A stretch of DNA of 64,000 bases, taken from Cyanidioschyzon merolae. Taxonomy: Eukaryota. A program made the position numbers and the translations under genes. The DNA is taken from the NCBI GenBank assembly GCA_000091205.1, contig AP006502.2. One strand, 5' to 3'. The notes beneath the pieces are model-generated. The model made no database searches and was not told where the DNA came from. It saw nothing but the letters and a program-made list of their open reading frames with translations. Positions 33,397 through 45,099 of the stretch are shown piece by piece. Position 1 is the first letter of the stretch. Every line of letters begins with the position of its first letter.

Positions 33397-34335
33397 TCAA
33401 AAATGAGAACTCCGTTTGCGGCCACTGTATTTGCTGAGGGGGCGCACGGGCTTCCCCTGACGTAACCGTCGAAGACGTTGCTTCTCAATCAAACGACGGA
33501 CCGACTGCACCCTCCTATGAACTGACTTACGGGAAACATTTTGCTGCCTGTTCTTGGGAACTGCAGCGATTGCAGTGTTTCCCGCCGGCGCCCTTGTCTC
33601 ACAGAGCGATGCTTCATCTTCGGACACGTCATCCGTCATTGGTTCCACGAAGCGCCGCGCGACTGCAGGTGATAACGCCTGCTGGCGCATCGTTGTCGCG
33701 CGTTCCGCAGGGCCTGCTTGCAGCACCAAGTAAAACTTCTTTGCACGAGTGCTGTTCGGGTAGTCTACAACGAGCCCGCCATCAAAACCCGCCCGTTTCG
33801 CTTGCGCGAAAATGAAAGCCACCTGGCGTTCGTGGCTCGGGTAGAACTGGAACACTGCCCGCGCACCGCGTCGAAGACATGCATATAATGTCATGAAGAA
33901 GGTAAACAAACGCTTTCGCGGATCCTGGTCGCTTGCGTCAGCATGACAGAGCCACTGGAGCACTGAGATACTCACTGCTCCATCAAAACAGCCGATTTGG
34001 AACGGTAAACCGGCTCCGAGGTCCAGTTGAATGAGGTCACCGTCAACGTCGCGCTCGACGGCGACTGACAGCATGGCAGCGGCGATGTCAAGACCCACCC
34101 ATAGGTGCCCAGCACGGCTCAGGACGTCTCCACTTAGCCCAGTACCGCATCCCAAATCGAGTATGAGTGCAGGGCCCTGCTCTAGTGTCGACGGATCGAG
34201 ATCTAGTAGTTCTAGTGCACGCTCTGCCAAGCGGGTCTGTACCTCGACAGTGTGCGTGTGGTAGATGTACTTGCGTGCTTCCTTCGGGTCGTAGAAGACT
34301 TGCGGCGGTGCCTTGTTCTCGGGGCGCTGCGCCAT
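33397..34335 (-). CDS. BUD23: 18S rRNA (guanine-N7)-methyltransferase Bud23/WBSCR22.
   Basis: The track start is GTG. The first ATG is at 34333-34335 (MAQRPENKAPPQVFYDPKEARKY...). SAM-binding motif LDLGCGTGLSG, the ISISVLQWLCHAD block and the C-terminal GGLVVDYPNS.KAKKFYLVL block are Bud23 family signatures. Confidence 0.75.
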   Translation of the reverse strand: MAQRPENKAPPQVFYDPKEARKYIYHTHTVEVQTRLAERALELLDLDPSTLEQGPALILDLGCGTGLSGDVLSRAGHLWVGLDIAAAMLSVAVERDVDGDLIQLDLGAGLPFQIGCFDGAVSISVLQWLCHADASDQDPRKRLFTFFMTLYACLRRGARAVFQFYPSHERQVAFIFAQAKRAGFDGGLVVDYPNSTRAKKFYLVLQAGPAERATTMRQQALSPAVARRFVEPMTDDVSEDEASLCETRAPAGNTAIAAVPKNRQQNVSRKSVHRRVQSVRRLIEKQRLRRLRQGKPVRPLSKYSGRKRSSHF

Positions 34336-34893
34336 CGACACGCCGTGCTCCGGTTACCAGCACCAGGTCACAGTGACCGGACGAACAATCCCGTCCACTT
34401 TATCGGTGCGCCTTGAGATGCAAGAACGAGAGGTGTGAGCGGCGCGTCAAGTAGAACACCCATACACTGGTATATGGGAAACCACGCGAAAACGCTTGCT
34501 GCCCCTCTTGAGCGACAACGAGCTGAAACTTAGAGTGTCCGGGTCGGCACTTGGGACACAGGTTCCAAAAGCTGGTACAGAGTGCTTTCAGAAGAATGCA
34601 GGCGGTGCCCGTGCTTTCGCCTCTGCACAAAGGTCCCTATGGCTACGGGCTCAAGTGTGAGCTGCTAGTCCACGATTGACGGTTGCGTTTCGCACGGGCG
34701 TCGATGGGAAACGTTGCTGGAATTATTGGGACACATATGTCCATTCGCAAGATCGAACAATATTGTATATCAATACTTATTTCTGTCTTGCCTGTCCATA
34801 AATGGACATGTGCTTTGCACTCCATCGCGCCCTGACCCAGCTCGCTCATCGCTTCGGCCTGCGCTCTAGTCACCAGCTATCACTACTTTCAGA

Positions 34894-35829
34894 ATGGTTC
34901 ACAGGGACCCCGCTGAAGAGCTATGGTGTGAGCTGTGGCAGCCTGGCGTAGACATCACGAGGAAAATGAACGCTATTTTCGGTTTAAAGGAGATCGGTAC
35001 GGAGCGTGCCGTGACGCTGCTCTGCGCAGCGTTACTGGACGCCCGGGAGCGGTCAGTTCTCGTGCGTCACGAAATTGCGTACGTACTCGGCCAGATCCAA
35101 AGTGCAGCTTCTATAAAAACGCTCACTGATAGGTTAATCGATACTGATGAGAACTCAATTGTCCGCCACGAGTGTGGGGAAGCGCTCGGTGCCGTTCGGG
35201 CTTTCGCGGTGCGACCTATCCTGCAGAAACTGTGTGGCGACGCGGTACCCGAAGTTCGCGAGACGTGCGTCCTGGCGCTTGAGCGGTTACGCTGGCTTGA
35301 AGAAAAGTCCACGAACGAGGAGCGCGTGCGAGAAACCTCGGCGAAAGCGTTCAAGCTCTTCGAAACGGTCGATCCAGCGCCGGCTTTTGTTGCACCCGAC
35401 GACCTAGAGGCATCCTGGTCCAACGCTGAGCTCGGTGAACTGCTCTTGAATGAAAACGAACCATTATTTCGAAGGTATCGGGCGCTGTTTACGCTACGTG
35501 ATCGCAATACGGACGATACGGCCGGGGTGATTGCGGCAGCGCTTCGACGGGACACATCGAGTGCCCTGTTCCGGCACGAGGTGGCGTATGTGCTGGGCCA
35601 GATGAGTCGTGCCTGCACGTTACCAGCGTTGGAGTCTGCTCTGGCTGACACACACGAACACGCCATGGTGCGACACGAAGCAGCGGAGGCCATTGGTGCG
35701 ATAGGTAACTCAAGTGCATGCGATATATTGCGGAGATTTCTGCGAGATGCGAATGTCATCGTTCGAGAGAGCTGTCAGGTGGCTCTAGATATAGCTGGAA
35801 TCTCTGACGACTGCCAGTTCATGGACTAG
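34894..35829 (+). CDS. DOHH: Deoxyhypusine hydroxylase (HEAT-repeat di-iron enzyme).
   Basis: ATG at 34894. Four His-Glu motifs in HEAT-like repeats (RHEIAYVLGQ, RHECGEALGA, RHEVAYVLGQ, RHEAAEAIGA) are arranged symmetrically, diagnostic of DOHH. Confidence 0.8.
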   Translation: MVHRDPAEELWCELWQPGVDITRKMNAIFGLKEIGTERAVTLLCAALLDARERSVLVRHEIAYVLGQIQSAASIKTLTDRLIDTDENSIVRHECGEALGAVRAFAVRPILQKLCGDAVPEVRETCVLALERLRWLEEKSTNEERVRETSAKAFKLFETVDPAPAFVAPDDLEASWSNAELGELLLNENEPLFRRYRALFTLRDRNTDDTAGVIAAALRRDTSSALFRHEVAYVLGQMSRACTLPALESALADTHEHAMVRHEAAEAIGAIGNSSACDILRRFLRDANVIVRESCQVALDIAGISDDCQFMD

Positions 35830-36973
35830 ATCATCAGAATTTTTCATATCCGTATCGTGTGCTTGGGCGAGTTGCAATACTCAAGTGTGGCAGCCAACAC
35901 GAACAGGAAATCGCTCTCCGGTACCGAATGGTCTCATGAGCTGCATCGTATTGTCTGTTGATGAGTTGATTGCATTGTCGTGCAGGGAACCTCAGGAGCG
36001 GCTATGGTGATCGGGAATCCCGTTTCAGGCTGGCACCGCTGGACCGAACAAGAATGCACCGTAATCCCTGGATACACAGAGGCGCACTGAACCCATCCAT
36101 GTGAAGCAGGCATGGTGTGAGGCTCCTTCGCAATAAATGGACGCCGCTTGCACCTTGTATGAGGTGCGAATTGTTTGTAGACAATTCGTCGGGAACGTGC
36201 TGATATTCAAGATATCGATGCTGGTGGGTAATTCCGGCAGCAGTGCGCAACTGCGCGCCGAGTCCTTCGAGTGTACTTGCATCCAGTATGGCTTCGCCGC
36301 ATGCCGGCCTCTAAGCCGTGCGAGCAGGGCTTACTCCTTTGCTTTTATCTGTGACAGCCAACACGAGAAGCATACTCGAGTTAGCGCCAACCGATCGTAC
36401 GGGTTCTGAATGTAACCGAGGCACCCAGCAGGCGTGTCGGAACTCTTGTGGATGCATATGCTGGACCGGCGTTCCAGAGCGAACGATTCGAGAAATGGGG
36501 CACTGTTTCGGACTTGTGGGCGCGAGGTCAAGGGCGGCGTAGGTGCGTTCGCAAACGCCGAAGTTGCACGATGCCCCGTTATCGAGGTTTTGTCGATACG
36601 ATTGGGGAGTAAACTCCTGGGTCGATTTTAGCATTCGGTGGCGTCTAGAACGTTCGTTTGGCCCGGATATCGATATGCACGAACTCTCCTGAACGAATGG
36701 CCGGGTCATGTTTAGACACACTCAGTAATATCGAATAATGCAACACCATTCTCGATTGGCAGTCGCCCAGGGATACCATTCCGACTACATAAATACGATG
36801 TTGCAGACTTGTTGTATTCCTGACCATACCATACTACTGAATTGCTCCAGGCGAGAATCAGATGCCGCCTCTCTAATGTCCTTGAATTCGTTTATCAAAG
36901 GTCGTCAGCGATTCAGGGCAATGCCCACGGCCTGTACGCAACGATCCGCTCCGGGGTCCGTTCGATGCAGAGC

Positions 36974-38137
36974 TCATGCGCGTTTCGCTAGCAGAGGCCA
37001 TCTCCGAACGTTGTTCGACAGACGCTCATATCTCGATCCATAAAGGGCCGTCACACGCTTCGACAGGTAAACGCACACAACTGCATGCCGCTCGCTCTCG
37101 TTGCTCGCTGCATCGGACGTTATCTCAGCGTACCGTGCAACATCTCGAGCGTCCGGCTCTGTTTCACGCTCTTCTCCTCTACCGGCATCAGCGCGCAACC
37201 GTGCTCTTGATTTCTGCATATTGTCCTGCATCCATCGATAAGCATCGGAAAGAATCGATTCCTTCGCTCGTTGCACGCTCTCGTAGATGCAGCAGGAATG
37301 CAGCCCGAGCGCGTTCCAGCGCCTCGAGCGGCAGTGCGCTGCCACCGAACAGCACGACGCATCATGCACTATCGGGTTGATGTTCATGTTCATGTTCATG
37401 TTCATGTTCATGTTCATGTTCAAGTCCATGTCCTTGATCAAGTCCTTGAGCGTGTCCACGTCCATGTCCATTTCATGGAAACCGTTGGCCAGTCTGCGCT
37501 TCTTGCCTCCGTGCAGCCGGAGCATCGGCGAGTCCGGTGCGGCTCCATCTAGTGCCTCCATAGATTGTCTGCATGAGCCATTTGGACGCTCATGTGCTCC
37601 GTGAATGCGGCGTTCAGAGAATACCTCAGACCGCTGGATTCGGCGCTCAGAGCGTCAACATGGGTCACGACGCTGTCCTTGCACTCGCTGGTAGACCGCT
37701 GGGCGCCCGCCATGTCGGGCTCCCGTTCATGCCCTTCCCTGCACAAGCTGCGCAGTTGCATTTGCTCGCCCTGAGGATCTCCGGATACATCCCCTCGATG
37801 TAGAGATACTGCATCTGAGATGACGGTTTCCAGCTGCGGATCCGGGTCCGCCGCAATGTTCGTCTCGTCGTCTACCCTGACAGGTTGAAAAAGCTGCTCG
37901 TCGGCTGACGCTGGCCTCGGTTTCATGGAGTCTGTGTTTGTGTGTGTGTGTGTGCGTATGTGTGCAGACGGACAGTCCGTCGGTGCATCGTCCCTGTGCA
38001 TTTCGTCTTGTTTCCTTCGTGTGACAGAGAAACCTTGAACGAGCCTCTGCTCTGCTCTGCTCTGCTCTGCTTGAGGCTGCTCGAGCGATACGTCGCTGCT
38101 CGAAGAGATACCAGACCCTCTTCGCTATCCGCTTCAC
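36974..38137 (-). pseudogene. Hypothetical gene inside duplication copy 1, frameshifted relative to copy 2 by a (TG)n length difference.
   Basis: ORFs 36974-37561, 37549-38001 and 37727-38137 (-) together cover the same protein as copy 2 ORFs 49604-50167 and 50155-50745. The HTHTHTH tract sits at the frame break. Confidence 0.25.
37376..37422. repeat. (ATGTTC)n hexanucleotide microsatellite, about 7 units. Its partner at about 50006-50029 has 4 units.
   Basis: Seen directly. It encodes a (MN)n/(HV)n low-complexity tract in overlapping ORFs. Confidence 0.9.
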
Positions 38138-39339
38138 TGGGATGCCCGGTCATGGTCTGGTTGCTATGCTCTACGTCTGTTTTCCTCCTTGAGAAGCACA
38201 CGGACTGGATGGGCACTGTTACTAAGACTCGCCTTCTCTGTGTATGTATCGGCGCTCTCTCGGACACGTTTTCGTTACCTTCTTGAACGCGAGCGTGTCC
38301 ACGCACTGAAACGTGCCCCTGCGCTCCCTCCTGTGCAAGAGACGCGGCCCAACACGGTAGTTCAGGGCTGGTGGAGGTATCGCAAGCGTCGTCGAAAAAC
38401 TCGAGTGTTACGGACGTGACTGACGCACCACTAGATCCGTGAGCGTCAGAGCGGCTTTTGCCAACAGAAAAGACGCTTTCGACTGGAATGGACCAACGGA
38501 GAGTAGACTGGCAGGAAGCGCAGCTCTACGCAGTCTCAGCTGCATACTCGGTGACTGCTTCTTGTTGTGACGGGAACCGACGTTTTCTAGCAGCAGGACA
38601 GAAGAGCTTGGGAACGAGGTTCCGTGAGCACTTCTTAGAAGATTGAGGTTTTTGAAGGATCCGGGCTGTTCAGCGATCTCGGGGCGACCAGACGTGTTAC
38701 CCGCCGCTAGCTAGGACTGTTGTTGCCGTCGCGCTCGCTTGTCTTGGCTGAACGAACTGCGAATCGCCCCTCTTTAACTACCCGTGCGCAAGTCTACGCG
38801 TTCTCACGAACAAAGTCGCATCGAGTGAGACATGCAGCAGTCTGTCCCACGGTAAGCGATCCCTGAACAATACAAAAGCAAAGCTGAGCTGAGCTGAGCT
38901 GTCCGACACAGGATACGTTCCGGTGGCATCGCGCTTTCTCCCGCGTCCATTGGTGGCCCTTCACCGCTCTTCGTATCATGGGTACGGAAGTTTCAGAAAC
39001 TGTGGCTTTGCCAGTAGAGCTTCATAGCGAACGCTTGGAGACGAATGGAATGACGAGACGACGGTCGTGGAGATCGAGGTCCATAGGTTGCACGTCGGGT
39101 GCACCATGTCCAGACCGAGGACTAGGCAGCGAATGGCCCGTGCATCTGCCCACCGAAGAATGCCTGAATACTACACCTAAGATCCTCTGTCGCATGCTAC
39201 CAGAGACATCATAAAGTCGTCCCGCAACGCTCTTCCAACATGCTGGATACAGTCCATTAGTTGAGTGCCTGCGAGAAAAACAGAGGACGACGATGAAAAC
39301 GGCGTGCTGGTACAGGAGCTCCAGAATGCACTGCTCTGT

Positions 39340-42300
39340 TTATAGGCTCTCGATAGATGCCAAGTACTGGTGTGGGGAGAGCACGCTTGTACCGCCAATT
39401 ACCACGTCAATCTGCAGATGTGTAGCGAGTCCTCGTATCTGCTCCACTTCAAGAGCGGTGACTCCACCAAGTACCACGAACAGGAAGCGATCGTTTCGGT
39501 AACGTTCAGCGGCTCGCTGGAGACGATCCACCAACGCTGCATGCACTCCAGCGTCCTCGGGCAATGTTTCAGTCGCATCTTGCTGCTGCTGCTGCAGTGC
39601 CTCTGTGCCGTCTAAGGCTTCACAAACAGTCGCTTGTGATCGCACGTTCCTTTGTGCACTAGATGGGGGACTTGACGGCGACAGCGCCTCTGCCAGCATG
39701 CCTGCTTCTTCAGCGATACGCAACCTGCTGCGACGTGCACTGCGTTTGACGTCGACATCTGGCGTCGCCCGGTCGACTTGCTGAACGACTCGTGGAGTCG
39801 TTTGCGTGTCGGCTGCCGTTCGCTGTTCGTCGCTTTGATTACATGTTGTCCCTGGACTGTGCATCATATGCGCGTCCTCAGAATGAATACCTTTGCGGGT
39901 GTTCTGGCTGGGCATGGCGTCCAGTTGCATACCGACAGCAGCATCGTGCGTCATATCATGTCCCTGGGTTGCAGGCGTCGTCGTCGTCGTCATCGTCGTC
40001 GTCGCAGCGAGCGGAGCTGTCACGTGAGGCTCGGGCGCTGGCGACGGCGCTCGCGGCTCCACGAGCAACGTAGACAAGAAGAGTTCCGCAGCCGGTGACC
40101 CCAGCGGCTCCTTGTGTTCATGGTCGGACGCAACAGCGCTGTCGTCGTGCCCTTCAGCGACTTCATGTCGTTGTTGAAGATCGAATGCGCCCATATACTG
40201 GAGCAAAATTTGGCTCGCCATCGTCTCCGGTAACAGTAGCGATCCAAGTGACTCGTGTACCAGCACTCGAGCTCGCCGTCTCCGTCGCACGCGGGCGGAG
40301 CGCGTTGCCCACTTGGCGGCACGAAGGCGTTGAAGAAACGCATTCGCCGTTCGTATCAGCGAGTCTTGCGTCTGCAGGTCCAGTCCCGGAATTTTCTGGA
40401 CCAGTTCCCTGACAAGATGTGGGTCCCGGCATCCAAGGAACACCAGCAGTAAGCGCAGCTTGTCGGAGAGCGCATACGTGTCCGCTTCGAGAACCTTTTC
40501 CACGGTACGGCGCATCGTAGCGGAACTGATTCGTGACCCTTGATCCTGCTTGATACCCATGACGATGCACCTTTCCAACGCCGATAAATAGAGTAGATTT
40601 CGTTGTTGCTGTTCTTGGAGACAACGCTCCAGGCTCTTTGCATGCCAGCGCAAAGCGGAAAGCAACTCCAACTGCGCCGGGTCCGCTGCTTGGAGGCTCT
40701 CAAGCGCTCGCTTCAGCGAGGCAAGATCCAGGTCGATACATTCCGCATGAGTCACGCGGTTATCTGAGTCAGGCTCGCTGGATGCGAGGAGCGGCTGCGC
40801 GAGCGCCTGCAGTTTCGCCACAGCGTCCGATAGCGTGTACTGTCGCAGCGCTCGCCAGACCGCATCGTGCTCGGAAGGCCACTGCGGTCGGGCGTTTCCC
40901 GCTGCATCATTCAGTTCCAGAAGCATGCCGCGGTAGGTGTTCACGTGTAGCAGAGGCGTAACGGGGTCCACGGCACGATCCATGAGCAGGAGGTGCAGGG
41001 CACCGCGCCCTGCCACCAAACCTGGACAGAACAGCGGCAAGAGATGCACCGCTGCATACGTCTGAGCCGCCCTGGCAATGCAGGTCGCTTGTTCACTAGC
41101 CGCAGGAGAGGTATGAATCTGAATCCAGGGGGCTTCATTCGCAAAGGTGCCTGCACCCATGCCGTGCAGTAGGGTGCCGATCTGGTGACCGAGTTCCTCC
41201 ATGAGCTGGAACCGCATGGCGCAGGTCTCGGGAGCATCTGCACCGTACAAGAGACCAAATACGTCTTCCCGATTCTCGATACTTACCACTTGTTCCTCGA
41301 TCGGGAAAAAGTCCACATGAATGGGTAGTAAGACGGTGCTTCCGTCAACGTCCGCCCAGGAAATGGCGTGGCGGCGGGGCAGCGGTGCGCTCGGCGAACG
41401 CGTCAACAAGAGCCGCACCGGCACTGGAGCGCTTCGCTTAGCCTCATAGCGCGCCACACTGGTCATCCAGTCGCCCGTTGGAGCCAGAATATAGATTGTT
41501 GGGAGCTCTAGTTCCCGATTTCCGCAACGAGGAAGCTGCTCCAGGAGACATATCCGTGCTGAAGGGAAGCATTCGGCCAAGTTTGGTCCCAGGGCATATT
41601 TCAGGAGCACTGCAGTGCGGGCGTCGAGAACAAGAAGCCAATCTCTTTGCCCAAAGTGCTCCACTTGATCGTGGACAAGGGCGACCAGGAGACGCTGCAC
41701 TCGCTGGACGATGCTGAAAGGTTTTTGAGAATCGTCTATCGACCCGAAGCTCGGCAAACTGAGCATCAAAGGCGACAGGCTGTCCATGGACAGGATCCCC
41801 CCCGGAATACCCCAGCGCGGCTCATTCGCTGCCTCAGACCCGAGACTCGTCGGGCTGAGCGTGCCCTTCTCCGCTGCATCAGCTGCTTGAAATCCGTAGG
41901 CAGCCCCGAAATGCGCTTTTTTCTCGAAGCCAGCTCGTCGCTGCCGTCGTCTGCGCAGAAGGCACCATACCAACAATACACCGAATACCAGAGCGAGTAC
42001 GATCAGCACCGCCACAATGGCAGCTACGGCACCTGTACTGATGCCTTGAGCGGGACCCGCGGTCACAGCGTTGGCCTCGTTTGGATCCTGGACATCAACC
42101 GCGAGCACGTTGTCCGCGCCACAAGATACGGGTCCGAGCGCCGTCAAGTTACTCAAATGGCCCCTGCATACAAAGCGATTCAACGCTGTTTGCCAAGCAT
42201 CTAAAGCACTTGCGCTGATGACGCCCGCATAAGTGGCGATCACTGATCCAGCACGCAGATCGACCAGCACCAGCGGCGGGTCCGACAGAAGCGCTTCGCG

Positions 42301-43329
42301 TATATCCGGATTTCGCAATAGCGCTTCCGTGATATTTTGACTCACGCCAGTGGTAAATTTGCTCAGCATTAATCCCGTAAAATTCAACGGGAAGACTACC
42401 CGACGCGATGATTCTCCCCGGAAGGCAGGGAGTGGCGCGATAGTTGCCTGAGCGCTCCGCACGCCGCTGGCGATCGGGAACGGTAGCGGTGTCGGCACCG
42501 AGTCGCTCCCAGCGCTTTTAGCCGTCACCAGCACATTCGCGTATCGAATACCGGGGCAACGGGCATTGTAGAGGGCCCAGGTACCGCTGGAGAACGTGTT
42601 GTCACTCGTCTCAACAGAGAGCTCTCCGTTAATGAACACTTGAAGGCGGGCGTGATCGCAGCGCACGTGCAGCTCGACAAAGTCTCCGAGCGGGTACGGC
42701 TGCGCGTGCGCCGCTGTCGCAATCGTGTTCCAGCTCCCGTTCGCGACAACCTGCAGCTGCTGAATAGCGCCGCTGGCACGAACTCCCGGCTCTTCCGTGT
42801 TACTCCACACGAAGCGGTAATAGTTATTCGAGTCCTGAATGCGAAACATGACTCCGGCCAGTCCGTTAACTGCGGCATTGATCGCAACATAGATATCGTA
42901 GTTGGTGAGGGTCTCAGAGCCGGCCCCGATGTACTGGAGAAACGTGCCTGCATAGGGGTCGGCGGCGCTATTTGGCGAGAAAATGTTCTTGGTCTGCTCG
43001 AGCACCGCACCGCTCTCGTAACGCATCCCGTTCGCATCCACGTCGGTTTCAATCCAGAAGGAGGGCGCCCCAATCGAGCCCTGGTCCACTGGCTTCCACA
43101 CGCTCGTGTCTATTGGACATATTGGCGCTGTGCAGGAAGAGAAGTCCGTTCCGAAAATGACACCAGACTCGCTCACTCGAAACTTGCTCCAGTCGGGTGA
43201 AGCGCCCCTGACTGATTCGGAAACGCCCAAAAGCGCCAGCACCAGAACAAGCGCGCAGAGCCAGCGGTACCGCCGGGGCCACGGACGCCAGCGCGCACCC
43301 GAGAGCAGCGCGGCAACCGATGCGAACAT
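39340..43329 (-). CDS. Single ORF encoding a signal peptide, a ConA/LamG-like ectodomain, a TM helix and a complete Sec1/Munc18 (SM) domain. Apparent fusion protein.
   Basis: The track ORF starts on TTG at 43371. The first ATG is at 43329 (MFASVAALLSG...). The hydrophobic signal-like segment LCALVLVLALLGVSESVRG and the TM helix AVAAIVAVLIVLALVFGVLLVWCLL followed by RRRRQRR lie at about 41955-42035. Downstream come SM motifs: WLLVLDARTAVLL...LPTIYILAPT; LLMDRAVDPVTPLLHVNTYRGMLLEL; C-terminal FLFVVLGGVTALEVEQIRGLA...IDVVIGGTSVLSPHQYL. No in-frame stop lies between the modules. Confidence 0.5.
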   Translation of the reverse strand: MFASVAALLSGARWRPWPRRYRWLCALVLVLALLGVSESVRGASPDWSKFRVSESGVIFGTDFSSCTAPICPIDTSVWKPVDQGSIGAPSFWIETDVDANGMRYESGAVLEQTKNIFSPNSAADPYAGTFLQYIGAGSETLTNYDIYVAINAAVNGLAGVMFRIQDSNNYYRFVWSNTEEPGVRASGAIQQLQVVANGSWNTIATAAHAQPYPLGDFVELHVRCDHARLQVFINGELSVETSDNTFSSGTWALYNARCPGIRYANVLVTAKSAGSDSVPTPLPFPIASGVRSAQATIAPLPAFRGESSRRVVFPLNFTGLMLSKFTTGVSQNITEALLRNPDIREALLSDPPLVLVDLRAGSVIATYAGVISASALDAWQTALNRFVCRGHLSNLTALGPVSCGADNVLAVDVQDPNEANAVTAGPAQGISTGAVAAIVAVLIVLALVFGVLLVWCLLRRRRQRRAGFEKKAHFGAAYGFQAADAAEKGTLSPTSLGSEAANEPRWGIPGGILSMDSLSPLMLSLPSFGSIDDSQKPFSIVQRVQRLLVALVHDQVEHFGQRDWLLVLDARTAVLLKYALGPNLAECFPSARICLLEQLPRCGNRELELPTIYILAPTGDWMTSVARYEAKRSAPVPVRLLLTRSPSAPLPRRHAISWADVDGSTVLLPIHVDFFPIEEQVVSIENREDVFGLLYGADAPETCAMRFQLMEELGHQIGTLLHGMGAGTFANEAPWIQIHTSPAASEQATCIARAAQTYAAVHLLPLFCPGLVAGRGALHLLLMDRAVDPVTPLLHVNTYRGMLLELNDAAGNARPQWPSEHDAVWRALRQYTLSDAVAKLQALAQPLLASSEPDSDNRVTHAECIDLDLASLKRALESLQAADPAQLELLSALRWHAKSLERCLQEQQQRNLLYLSALERCIVMGIKQDQGSRISSATMRRTVEKVLEADTYALSDKLRLLLVFLGCRDPHLVRELVQKIPGLDLQTQDSLIRTANAFLQRLRAAKWATRSARVRRRRRARVLVHESLGSLLLPETMASQILLQYMGAFDLQQRHEVAEGHDDSAVASDHEHKEPLGSPAAELFLSTLLVEPRAPSPAPEPHVTAPLAATTTMTTTTTPATQGHDMTHDAAVGMQLDAMPSQNTRKGIHSEDAHMMHSPGTTCNQSDEQRTAADTQTTPRVVQQVDRATPDVDVKRSARRSRLRIAEEAGMLAEALSPSSPPSSAQRNVRSQATVCEALDGTEALQQQQQDATETLPEDAGVHAALVDRLQRAAERYRNDRFLFVVLGGVTALEVEQIRGLATHLQIDVVIGGTSVLSPHQYLASIESL

Positions 43330-45099
43330 CCACCACGTCCTGTGACGACTCAGTATAAAACCTGTGCCCAACCCTGCGCGTAAAACTCAATGAAAACAAA
43401 GCGCGTGATACCTGGAAGCGCAAGGCGGATCGCAGAACAGAAATCTCTGTTCATTGTAGGAGAAATAGGCATTCGATCGATCCGAGTATGGACGCGTGGC
43501 CTGGGGAGCAAACAGCGCCGGCTGGTGGCGCCTCGAGGGCCGGTGGCGGCACGTGCCGCTTCCGCGCACAGGGCGGCGCTTTTGTTGTGGCCCGGACCTA
43601 GCGGGGAAGCCGACGGAGATGGTTCATATTTGTCTATTAATGAATAAGAATATGAAGCGGCAGCAGGGCAATCGAGGTCTCCGCGCTCTTGCGCGTACCC
43701 CGCTGGACAGGAAAATGCGTACGCGCGCGCGGCTCGCATCCGATGATCGACACCTGTGATCGATACACATGCGATACTGAACTGCTCGTGCTATCCCTGC
43801 GTTGTGACTTGTCGCAAATTGCAGCGTTAAACGGACAACCTAGAGATCAAAAGTGCATGCATAGGAGATTACGGGTGCATATATAGGTATACGATTTTTG
43901 ATCGATTTTGTTCGGAGTGGGTTCTTCGAAGCTTTTGCGCCTGGGATTCGTTACGTTCCCAGAAACAAGATGACTGGGGGCGGCGCCCACAAATAATGAT
44001 TGGGAAAATAACCAATGTCGCGATGCAGCGTATGCGTCCAAGTCTCCGCTATTCTTCTATCGTTACATGTATCATGTTCAAATCACGTATTCTTCGTGGT
44101 TTCGATCGCACTGTTCTGAAGCGAGTCGTGCACGCAGTAATGCACGTCGCCGGATTGGCCACGAAACCAGAGCTCAACGTCGACTCTCGAAGGCGTTTTT
44201 CACATCGAATCATTTGTCTCGTTCGAAACACAAATCCGCCTCTGTTTCGAGGCATCGACCAATCGGCATTCGCCTGGAGCATAATACCTGTCACGGGATA
44301 TGCTCGCAAGGGCCCCTGTCTCTTCTCTTTGCATTCAAAAAAGGGTACTGGACACGAGCTCCAGTTATCGCAACGATCACTTCCCGTGGACCATAAGCGG
44401 ATGGAAAACTCTCGATCTCTCCTCTAACCTGGATTCCGCTTCCGAAACGTGTTCCATCATGACCAAGATCGCGTTTCATAAATCCCGTCTCGAATGGAAC
44501 ACTGCGCGCTTGCGCTCGCGGAGGATACCCTATTTACTGCGTGAATCGCACAGAAAAAACATGTGATCATGCGATACGACGATGTGTGCGAAAATGCAGG
44601 ACGGTACCGAAAGAAGCCTTCCGTAGTGTCCAGGTACATGCGGCAATCGATGAAGCAAGCGTTCAAGCTGCACTAGCCGCCGATAAAAGAGAGGGCACTT
44701 GTTGCGATGGACATCTGGGACGCCTGACCGCTGCCAAGTGTCACTGCTGCGAGGGACGAACCGAGGTCGCGTTCGAAGAACGTGCGTAGATCACAACTTT
44801 TGCCGGTGCATGAATCGCGTGAACAACACCCAGAAGCAGCGAAATCGGCGACTTGGACGCTACGATCAATACCCCTTGACCGGCATTAACAGAGCTGAAC
44901 AGACAGGAGAGATCGACGTAATCTGAGCCTGAGACCATACGGAGGTAAGGCAGGCAGTCGGAGACGAATCCCTCAAAGACTTTTGTTCATGACTGTGGGA
45001 AGCATCCCAAACTTGAGAATGTACGCTCGAGTTAGACCAGTGGACCTGCACCTTTCGATTCTGATATCGCGAGATGCTCGGTCGAGCAAAGAAGCAGAC

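Larger units (their letters stand above)
36721..39468. repeat. Copy 1 of a 2.75-kb direct segmental duplication (partner at 49351-52108).
   Basis: The two copies are near-identical over about 2.75 kb. Differences are mainly microsatellite unit counts: (ATGTTC)7 vs 4, (TG)n, (GCTCT)n, (GAGCT)n. The right edge lies inside the last 43 codons of the SM-fusion gene. Confidence 0.9.
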
